From Haloquadratum walsbyi C23 (GTDB lineage: Archaea > Halobacteriota > Halobacteria > Halobacteriales > Haloferacaceae): a stretch of DNA of 32,000 bases. The number at the start of each line of letters is the position of its first letter. Within the stretch, counting starts at the first letter, position 1. Location of the stretch: assembly GCF_000237865.1 (NCBI RefSeq), contig NC_017459.1:930001-962000 (forward strand). The letters are read 5' to 3'. The notes under the pieces are model-generated. The model worked only from the letters and a program-made list of their open reading frames with translations, was not told the DNA's origin and ran no database searches. Made by a program: the position numbers and the translations under genes. Positions 17,625 to 25,301 of the stretch are shown piece by piece.

Positions 17625-18482
17625 TCAGGCAAGCCGAGTCTGTCGCCATGACTCGAGATCAGGTGTTTGATTGAATGTATAGATGTGGACACCGCGGATA
17701 TTATAATACTCATCTTCCACGTATGGGGAGAGCCCATTAATAAGATCATCAGGCTCATAGACACCCCGTGATCCAATAAGCTGCCGAACAAACTCAAAAA
17801 CGCCTGTTGTTTTTCGAAGGAATCTGATTGAATCGCCAACGCCGACCTTCTGTGAGATTTGAAGGAGCTTTTGATAGTTCATCACACCAGGAATGCCAAT
17901 CTCAATTGGAAGGTCTACACCGCGTTCACGTGTGGATTCAACCCATTCGAGGATTGTCTCCGGATCATAACACAACTGTGTCACAATGTACGTTGCATGT
18001 GGTGCCTTCTGATCCATCGCCATTGCGAGTTCTTCATCTTCAATGAAATCATGTCCTTCAGGATAACCTGTGATCCCGATATCCTCGAACGAATATGGAA
18101 GCTCGTCAAGCACCTCTAGCAGGTCGTATGCAGACGTAAATTCACCAGCGGGCTCCTCCCTATCGCCACCTGGTATAAAAACATCGTTAACACCGGCATC
18201 GCTGAGTCGTTCTGCGATTGACGCGAGTTGTGCTTCATCTTCGACGTATCGTGCAGCAATATGTGGGACAACTTCGTATCCCTGAGCCGCTGCTTCTTCT
18301 GCGCGCTCAACGGTTTGTTCAATGCCTAGCTGTGGCGATGTTGTGATTGCAATGCTTGATCCGGCTGGCAGTGACTCCAACTCGTCATTGAAACTGTCGA
18401 ACGGCATCAACTCAAACCGTGCTCCCCTCAGGAGATTGCTTACACCATCTTGATCAACGGCGCTTTGCGCTCCAAGTGCCAT
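17625..18482 (-). CDS. metF: Methylenetetrahydrofolate reductase
   Basis: 285 aa with MetF-family landmarks FELMPF, HIAARY, FIPGGD, ITGYPEGH and TQLCYD. Confidence 0.85.
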   Translation of the reverse strand: MALGAQSAVDQDGVSNLLRGARFELMPFDSFNDELESLPAGSSIAITTSPQLGIEQTVERAEEAAAQGYEVVPHIAARYVEDEAQLASIAERLSDAGVNDVFIPGGDREEPAGEFTSAYDLLEVLDELPYSFEDIGITGYPEGHDFIEDEELAMAMDQKAPHATYIVTQLCYDPETILEWVESTRERGVDLPIEIGIPGVMNYQKLLQISQKVGVGDSIRFLRKTTGVFEFVRQLIGSRGVYEPDDLINGLSPYVEDEYYNIRGVHIYTFNQTPDLESWRQTRLA

Positions 18483-18662
18483 GTTTAATATAAATTGTAT
18501 ACACCCATATTTTGCTCTATGGGTGAGTTTACCAACCCATTTATAAATCCAAAATTTTGTGGGTCTAGTGTTTCCCCCAAGCCCAATTACCGATGCTGAT
18601 GCTCGGCGACCGACTTTGCGTAAGACTACAGATATAAATATACACCATCGAATAAAAATATC

Positions 18663-20177
18663 CTATTTGTCAGCATCAACGCCAGCCGCACTGACTCCCG
18701 AAGAGCTTCCAGATCTTGTATGTGCTGATGTCTTTGACTGTGTTTGTGCACACTGTTGAATTCGCGTCGCAATTGCCTCGTAGCTCACGCCACGGTCAGG
18801 GTCAGGTCCCCCTGATAACCGTCTGAGAACCAGATCAAGGATATCCAACTGATCAAGCAGATCCCGCGTCTGTCTGTATTCAATCCCAAGTCGCCGTTGC
18901 ACCTCATATACTGTTCGCGAACCAACAACTGCATCGATAACATCAGCAATCTCGAGATTGCTTGGTAGTCCTGCACCATCTGTTACAAGTTGTTCATCTG
19001 CAATCGACAGTGTTTCGACTTTATCAACCTTCCCCGTTACATCTGACCGTGGCGTGTGCGTTTGCTCATTAGGATTCGTATTAGCAACTTCCTGATCAGT
19101 TGATCCGGTGCTCACATTAGCCAACGCATCTGTATGTGTATCACTATTTGTGTGCTCACTGCCAATGCGCCCAATATCATCTGATGTCGGTTCACTTTCT
19201 ATAACCTCCTTCCTCTGGGAATCTGTCTTCTTGCTTTGATCGGTATTATCCGTATTATTATATTTTGTTGGAGAATGAACGCCTGCCTCAATCATATATC
19301 GCCGAACGGTCTCGCCTGCAACATCAAGTTCAATTCGATCACTCATTTCAGAAAACGTATTACACCGTTCATACAACCGCTGAAGGTACGTTTCATCTTC
19401 ATATGGCGGAACAGAGTCATCACGGACCTGTGATAATTCATCTTCGACTGTGACATCAGCAGCGTCAGTCTGACAGGCATCGGTATCTGCAATTACCGCT
19501 GAATTATCAGCTGAATTCGCCCCGTCATTTGAGCTTATTACTGATCCACCAAATACACCCTCAGCTGATGATGGTGATTGTGATGACCCCGATGACCGCC
19601 AACTCCTCTCTCCCAGCTGTGTGTTATCGCGATCAGATTCAGATTCAGATTCAGATTCAGATTCAGAGTCACCTTCACCTTCACCTCCACCTTCACCTTT
19701 AGATTCACCATTGCGCACACCTAGCGTAGACGCAATCGTATCTGCTACATCAGATGAAGACTCAGCATTCGCAGTATCCTCACCAATAGTCACTTCGATG
19801 CGTATAACAGCATCTCCATTTAATATCTCTGCGCCGGTTGGTTGCATCTTAACCGGAGTATCAATCTTTGGTGGTTGTATTGACGGGAGCGTGTATGATA
19901 CGCATATATGCTCATCTGTCATCTCAGCTGCAATTGGAGTGGAATCGATCCCATATTCAGATTCAGAACCGGTATCTATGTGTTCATCAGTAGCGTCTGT
20001 CGATTCCAACTGTGGTAACAGCGGCATAGATATTGTTGCAGTCAACAGCTCAGCATCTGCTTCGGATTTTGTTGTTGATGTTGTTGCCTCAACCTGCCGG
20101 ACAACATTACCGTCAGACTCGAACTGTTCGATCACACGTGAGAGAGCGTCGAACGATGACTGCAACTTTGTCGACAT
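18663..20177 (-). CDS. Very acidic low-complexity protein with two helix-turn-helix-like segments; function unknown
   Basis: The ORF track's start at 20240 is TTG and encodes a non-halophilic leader. The first ATG, at 20177, gives MSTKLQSSFDAL.... The protein contains the SE/GE repeat GEGGGEGEGDSESESESESESD. HTH-like stretches are YLQRLYERCNTFSEMSDRIELDVAGETVRRYMIEAGV and TVYEVQRRLGIEYRQTRDLLDQLDI. Confidence 0.6.
   Translation of the reverse strand: MSTKLQSSFDALSRVIEQFESDGNVVRQVEATTSTTKSEADAELLTATISMPLLPQLESTDATDEHIDTGSESEYGIDSTPIAAEMTDEHICVSYTLPSIQPPKIDTPVKMQPTGAEILNGDAVIRIEVTIGEDTANAESSSDVADTIASTLGVRNGESKGEGGGEGEGDSESESESESESDRDNTQLGERSWRSSGSSQSPSSAEGVFGGSVISSNDGANSADNSAVIADTDACQTDAADVTVEDELSQVRDDSVPPYEDETYLQRLYERCNTFSEMSDRIELDVAGETVRRYMIEAGVHSPTKYNNTDNTDQSKKTDSQRKEVIESEPTSDDIGRIGSEHTNSDTHTDALANVSTGSTDQEVANTNPNEQTHTPRSDVTGKVDKVETLSIADEQLVTDGAGLPSNLEIADVIDAVVGSRTVYEVQRRLGIEYRQTRDLLDQLDILDLVLRRLSGGPDPDRGVSYEAIATRIQQCAQTQSKTSAHTRSGSSSGVSAAGVDADK
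19636..19699. repeat. Two adjacent in-frame hexamer microsatellites: (GATTCA)x5, then (CACCTY)x5
   Basis: GATTCA is repeated 5 times at 19636..19665. CACCTT/CACCTC is repeated 5 times at 19670..19699. On the minus strand they encode the SESESESESE and GEGGGEGEG tracts. Confidence 0.9.
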
Positions 20178-20236
20178 GTACAAACTATACCATAGTATGT
20201 GAGCCCCTAACAGTGTGTGATAAAATATGAGGGTAT

Positions 20237-21391
20237 TCAAGTATCTGTATGCCTTTCATTGCCGATAGGTGTTGCAATACTCGCGACACGTTCACCGGCA
20301 AAGACTGTTCCACCATGCGATAATGAGTAAATCACGCCTGATCCAGGTGCGACGATTGTTGCTTGCTCCTCGAATGTCGTTGGATCATAAACAACACCCA
20401 GTGTCTCCCCATCGGTGACTTTCGACCCGACGGTACAGTTTGCTGCTGGCTCGAATAAGCCAGATGATGGTGTGATTGAGACTGGAATATCATCTTTGAG
20501 CTCATGTTGTGTTGGTGGTTCCGGAAGTTGATCGGTTAACATGTCCGACTCAGTAAGCATCCCGCGCTGTCTCAATACCCGACAGACGCCAATGGCTCCA
20601 CGCTCAGCAACAGAGCGATCAACGGTGCGGCTATTGCCGAGTTCAACGGTAATCGTTGGAATCTGAGCTCGTGTCATCGCAATTCGAAACGTCTCTGCAG
20701 GCTGTGTATATCGATTATCCTCTCCATCTTGTGTTTTGCGTACACTCCCATCAGCGTTCGAGGTCTCATCCCTATTTCCAGTATATGAGACTTCGCTAGG
20801 AGACTGACTGCTTACTGGTCCATCGCCGATAAGCCGATAGTTTGTCCCAAAAGCGGTTGCCAACGCGGTTGCTTTATGATCGTCTTCAACAACGCGAACA
20901 TGTTCAAGCATCGAAGGAGTTCCTGTATGTAAATCGATTGCTGCATCAGCACTGGCTGCTAGTGACCACAACTCAGCCACAATTTGTTGTTGAAAACTTC
21001 CATCGTCGGCTCCCGGCCATACTCGATTTACATTTGGATACTGGGCATCATATTCATCTGGTGTTGCATATGATCGTGCATCAAATGCTAATGGGTTCAT
21101 AACTGGAACAACAATTACGGTTCCTGCCAATTTGGTGTCGCATAATCGATTATGAAGCCGGCGAAGTGCTGCAGGACCATTGAGTTCAATTCCATGCTGT
21201 GCGGCTTGCACATACACCGTTGGTCCGTCGCCACCGCGATAGCGATGAACTGTCACCGAGATATCCCTCGCTGGCGTCTGACCAAGTTGACGTGTCGTGG
21301 TTTTGTGTTGTGTCGGTTCCACTCCCATACCAACCTCAATACCGGTGGCGACAAAAACTTCCGGACAACAATCACTCTGTAGTAATGACAT
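20237..21391 (-). CDS. Succinylglutamate desuccinylase/aspartoacylase (AstE/AspA)-family zinc deacylase
   Basis: 384 aa. The HxxE zinc motif sits in YVQAAQHGIELNG, followed by VVPVMNPLAFD and a second zinc His in DLHTGT. The beta-rich C-terminus is typical of the family. Confidence 0.8.
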   Translation of the reverse strand: MSLLQSDCCPEVFVATGIEVGMGVEPTQHKTTTRQLGQTPARDISVTVHRYRGGDGPTVYVQAAQHGIELNGPAALRRLHNRLCDTKLAGTVIVVPVMNPLAFDARSYATPDEYDAQYPNVNRVWPGADDGSFQQQIVAELWSLAASADAAIDLHTGTPSMLEHVRVVEDDHKATALATAFGTNYRLIGDGPVSSQSPSEVSYTGNRDETSNADGSVRKTQDGEDNRYTQPAETFRIAMTRAQIPTITVELGNSRTVDRSVAERGAIGVCRVLRQRGMLTESDMLTDQLPEPPTQHELKDDIPVSITPSSGLFEPAANCTVGSKVTDGETLGVVYDPTTFEEQATIVAPGSGVIYSLSHGGTVFAGERVASIATPIGNERHTDT

Positions 21392-21488
21392 TAATGTGAG
21401 ATGAATATCACCGACTCAGAGTGTCATCATAGCCATCTTATAATCACAATTTCCCAGAATAATTAACTCCTGACCCCGCAGCGGTAGC

Positions 21489-22220
21489 ATGCACATTGAG
21501 GATGAAACATGGACTGATCTTGAGACGACTGACACAAATCTTGGATTACTTCCGATTGGAAGCACCGAACAACACGGTCCACATGCTCCTCTCGGTACTG
21601 ATACATTTGATGCTGAAGTAATCGCGCAGAATGCTGCTGAGAAGTATTCGGACTCAGTCATCGTTGCCCCATCGGTACCCGTCGGCATCGCTGAAGAACA
21701 TCGCGAATTTACTGGGACACTTTGGACGGATGAGATGACCTTCCGGCAGTATGTTCGAGATATTGTACGGAGTCTTGCCAGTCATGGGTGGGATCATGTG
21801 GTGATTGTCAATGGACACGGCGGTAATATACCTGCACTTGAGGCTGTTACCGCACAAATCATCCGTCATGATAATGCATATGCAGTCCCATTTACCTGGT
21901 TTGAGGCTATTGGCGAGCATACTTCATCAATGGGGCACGCAGGACCAATTGAAACGTCGCTGTTAGAGCGAACTCGTCCAGAATCCGTGCATACTGATCG
22001 TCTCACAGACGCAGCAGCGGGAGCGAGTGATAGATGGGGTGATTGGCAGGGAAGTGTTAATCTTGCTGTTGACTCAACCGAATTCACTGAGAACGGCGTT
22101 GTTGGTGATCCTCGTGAGGCAAGTGCCGAGTTAGGGGCAGAACTGCTCACCGCGGCAACTGATGAGTTATGTTCGCTCCTTGATGCTGTCCGCAGTCATG
22201 ATGCTGCTCCGCGTGAGTGA
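21489..22220 (+). CDS. Creatininase-family amidohydrolase
   Basis: LLPIGSTEQHGPHAPLGTD and VNGHGGN match the creatininase/ArfB-family metal-binding motifs. The substrate cannot be assigned from sequence. Confidence 0.8.
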   Translation: MHIEDETWTDLETTDTNLGLLPIGSTEQHGPHAPLGTDTFDAEVIAQNAAEKYSDSVIVAPSVPVGIAEEHREFTGTLWTDEMTFRQYVRDIVRSLASHGWDHVVIVNGHGGNIPALEAVTAQIIRHDNAYAVPFTWFEAIGEHTSSMGHAGPIETSLLERTRPESVHTDRLTDAAAGASDRWGDWQGSVNLAVDSTEFTENGVVGDPREASAELGAELLTAATDELCSLLDAVRSHDAAPRE

Positions 22221-22325
22221 TTAAAGATTCACCGAATACAGATCATTGGAGAAATGAAGTGCATGATTGATACTATATTTGGACTGAGCAGTTTATATAA
22301 TCCAAATTAAGTATCATCTTCTCAT

Positions 22326-22342
22326 CTACTCATATGACACTG
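22326..22342 (+). promoter_or_regulatory. Candidate operator: 17-mer shared with the paralogue's upstream region
   Basis: CTACTCATATGACACTG here matches CTATTCATATGACAGTG at 25126..25142 in 15 of 17 positions. The shared run TCATATGACA (10 nt) includes the palindrome TCATATGA. The site is 127-143 nt upstream of ATG 22469. Confidence 0.3.
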
Positions 22343-22468
22343 TGTGTGCTATCCAAGATATGGCGCTTCTTGATATCCTGAATCAATTATGATATAAATT
22401 TGTCATGTTGTGTAAGAGCGCTGTATTGGCAACATCTATTTGTGCACTGCAGTGTGACAGTTCGATAT

Positions 22469-25066
22469 ATGGATCCGAGCGATAGTATTCCTGAATCAGC
22501 TGGTACAGTTATCGTTGGTGCCGGTATTGTTGGCTGCAATATTGCATACCAACTCACGAAACTTGGACGCGATGATGTTGTTGTCGTGGATCAAGGTCCA
22601 ATGCCCACGACTGGTGGGTCCTCCACGCACGCGCCAGGTATCATGTTCCAGACTGCCGAGGCAAAAGAACTCTCACAATTTGCTAATTACAGTCGAAAAG
22701 TCTACTCAGATCTTGAGGGTGCTGACGGGCAACAGGCGTACAATGAAACAGGTGGCATTGAAGTTGCACGCAGTGAAGAGCGAATGGCATTTCTCCAGCG
22801 GCGTGTCGAACATGCCAAGGCATGGGGAATCCCGGATCCACAGCTCCTCTCACCTGAAGAGGTAACAGACCACCTCCCGCTTGTCGATCAAGATCAGATT
22901 CTTGGCGGCTATTACTCACCAACAGACGGTCAGGTGTCTGGTGTTATTGCATGCGATGCGCTCGCTCGCGAGGCAATCGACCGTGGTGCAGAATTTGTCC
23001 CACATACACGAACGGAGGATGTTGAGGTGACAAACGACTCAATTACAGCCGTTGAAACAGAGAATGGTCGAATTGAGTGTAACGAGGTTGTCGTCGCCAC
23101 TAACATTTGGGCTCGTCAACTTGGTGAGAAACTTGATGTTCATATACCAGTCACACCAGTCGAACATCAGTATACGATGACAGAATCGCTTGCTGAACTC
23201 TCTGAGAATGATACTGACATCACCGATCATCCGCTCTTCGACAACTACGAGAATGTTTCTGGTGAGAAAGCAAAGCGACTGCTGGTCGGTCCTGACCGGG
23301 CAATCCTCCGTGATCAAGACAACGCGATGTATTATCGAACACATGGTGACTCATATGGCATTGGGTCGTACAATCACGACCCAATTGTCCCTGACCCACA
23401 GGAGCTGGGCACAAACGATCCTGACGGTGAACAAGGGTCAGTTCATGAGTTCACCGAAGAACATATGAACACCGCTACACACCCAGACCGACCACATAAG
23501 CCCCCCCGACAAGCAAGTGATGAGTTACTGCCAGCGACGGACGGCGCAGAATTAGAATTTAAATACAATGGCATGTTCGCAGAGTCACCAAATGGGCTTC
23601 CTGTGATGGGTCCTGTCAAGCAGTATGACGGTCTCTGGACCGCTGCTGCAATCTGGGTCACCCACGCTGGTGGTGCTGGAAAGGCACTTGCAGAGTGGAT
23701 GGAAAACGGTGTTCCTCGACTTGATGATGGTCCAATGGATGTCTCTCACTGCGATGTTAATCGATTTGATGAACATGAAGGCAGTTGGGACTTTGCCCGC
23801 GATATCGGTGCTGAAGAATACCGAATCGTCTACAATGTAATGCATCCAAAATGGGTGTGGACTGACATGCAGCGCGATATCCGTCGAACGCCGATGTACC
23901 ACTCACATAAGGAACTTGATGCTGAACTGTGGGCTGAGGCTGGATGGGAAGAGCCACAATGGTTTGAATCCAACGCTGATCTCGTTGACCGTTATACCGA
24001 TGAGATACCAGATCGAAACGGCTGGGAAGGAAAGTACTGGTCACCAATTGAGGGTGCAGAGGCTCTAAATGTCCGTGAAAACGTCGGACTGCATGATATG
24101 ACTGCGTTCAACAAAATGGAGGTTGCAGGATCCGGTGCCGGCGCGTTCATTCAGCAGCTCTGTACGAACGATATGGATCTTGACATCGGCGAGGTGAAAT
24201 ACACGCTCATGTGCAACGAGGGCGGTGGCGTGCGCGCTGACATTACTGTTACTCGAACTGATACAAACCGCTATTTAGTCCTTACAACGGGGCGTGAAGT
24301 CGGGAATAATCATGTCTCATGGGTGCGTAAACATGCCCCAGAGGGTGTCATCGTCAACGATGCAACCTCAAGCCTTGCAGCAATGGTCTGCACTGGACCA
24401 AACGCACGAAAGGTCCTCTCAGAAGTTACAGATATCGACCTTTCAGATGATGCATTCCCATTCTTCACTAGTCAACAGTTCTATGTAAAGAATGTTCCAG
24501 TGACCGCATTACGGGTCTCATATGCTGGCGAACTTGGTTGGGAACTGTATACATCTTCAGAGTATGGTGAACGACTTTGGGAGATCTTACTTGAGGCAGG
24601 TAAACCGTATGGACTTCGCCCATATGGCAATGGAGCTCTTGACGCACTCCGTATTGAGAAAGGCTTCCGATTGTGGGGTGAAGACCTCCATACTGAGCAC
24701 ACGCCATATCAGTCAAATCTTGGATGGGCTGTTGATCTTGACACAGAATTCATTGGCAAGGATGCAATTAAATCACGACAACAACAGCCAGCTACCGCAG
24801 CCGATGGTGGAACGCGTGCAAAGCAAGTTGCCTGTCTAACGCTTGATGACCCGAATGCTTCGATTCTTGATAATCGACCGGTGTTCGATGTCAATGATGA
24901 TGAGACGCTTGGATATATTCACAGCGCTGAATACGGATACACTGTCGGTGCCTGCGTTGCTTACAGCTACCTCCCACCAGAATATGCTGAGCCAGGGACT
25001 GATGTTGAGATCCTATTTGAGGGCGACCGATACGCTGCCACAGTTCGCGAAGAACCACTTGTCTAA
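22469..25066 (+). CDS. Dimethylglycine oxidase / sarcosine dehydrogenase-like flavoprotein fused to a GcvT-type folate-binding domain (paralogue 1)
   Basis: The N-terminus has the GAGIVGC dinucleotide fold and SSTHAPG, the position of the covalent-FAD histidine in this family. The C-terminal aminomethyltransferase-like domain reads YTLMCNEGGGVRADITV and LRVSYAGELGWELY. The track's start at 22400 is TTG; the ATG at 22469 (MDPSDS...) immediately precedes the FAD motif. Confidence 0.9.
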   Translation: MDPSDSIPESAGTVIVGAGIVGCNIAYQLTKLGRDDVVVVDQGPMPTTGGSSTHAPGIMFQTAEAKELSQFANYSRKVYSDLEGADGQQAYNETGGIEVARSEERMAFLQRRVEHAKAWGIPDPQLLSPEEVTDHLPLVDQDQILGGYYSPTDGQVSGVIACDALAREAIDRGAEFVPHTRTEDVEVTNDSITAVETENGRIECNEVVVATNIWARQLGEKLDVHIPVTPVEHQYTMTESLAELSENDTDITDHPLFDNYENVSGEKAKRLLVGPDRAILRDQDNAMYYRTHGDSYGIGSYNHDPIVPDPQELGTNDPDGEQGSVHEFTEEHMNTATHPDRPHKPPRQASDELLPATDGAELEFKYNGMFAESPNGLPVMGPVKQYDGLWTAAAIWVTHAGGAGKALAEWMENGVPRLDDGPMDVSHCDVNRFDEHEGSWDFARDIGAEEYRIVYNVMHPKWVWTDMQRDIRRTPMYHSHKELDAELWAEAGWEEPQWFESNADLVDRYTDEIPDRNGWEGKYWSPIEGAEALNVRENVGLHDMTAFNKMEVAGSGAGAFIQQLCTNDMDLDIGEVKYTLMCNEGGGVRADITVTRTDTNRYLVLTTGREVGNNHVSWVRKHAPEGVIVNDATSSLAAMVCTGPNARKVLSEVTDIDLSDDAFPFFTSQQFYVKNVPVTALRVSYAGELGWELYTSSEYGERLWEILLEAGKPYGLRPYGNGALDALRIEKGFRLWGEDLHTEHTPYQSNLGWAVDLDTEFIGKDAIKSRQQQPATAADGGTRAKQVACLTLDDPNASILDNRPVFDVNDDETLGYIHSAEYGYTVGACVAYSYLPPEYAEPGTDVEILFEGDRYAATVREEPLV

Positions 25067-25125
25067 CCAACGCTCTCGATTATCTGGTATCTGACCGATT
25101 CATCATTATATATCAAATTAATAAA

Positions 25126-25142
25126 CTATTCATATGACAGTG
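25126..25142 (+). promoter_or_regulatory. Candidate operator: second copy of the shared 17-mer
   Basis: CTATTCATATGACAGTG lies 160-176 nt upstream of ATG 25302. Confidence 0.3.
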
Positions 25143-25301
25143 ATGCGCATTACTATCTCATATGATAATCATATTCCTCATGATTGACTCGTCGTCTTGA
25201 GAAACTGTCACCCCGAGTTTTTGAAATCGCTGTTTTATTGATGATTTTCGGTGTCACCGTTGTCTTTATACTTCTGACAGAATCATCGACAGATGAAATA
25301 A

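Noticed and set aside
18502-18525. Inverted repeat CACCCATA-n8-TATGGGTG in the metF upstream region, considered as a candidate operator.
   Set aside because: An 8-bp inverted repeat with a short spacer is expected by chance a few times per window. The position is suggestive but not enough to call.
22400-22468. N-terminal extensions in the ORF track: 22400 (TTG) for DMG oxidase 1, 20240 (TTG) for the acidic protein and 16518 (GTG) for the BatA-like gene.
   Set aside because: The extensions begin at non-ATG codons. For 22400 and 20240 they encode Cys/Trp/His-rich peptides unlike halophile proteins. In each case an ATG just downstream immediately precedes the conserved N-terminal motif.
25160-25171. 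The exact 12-mer ATATGATAATCA, repeated at 30391..30402, considered as a shared operator linking the oxidase and BCCT genes.
   Set aside because: In 32 kb searched on both strands, dozens of exact 12-mer coincidences are expected by chance, and more in AT-rich DNA. It is not significant on its own.
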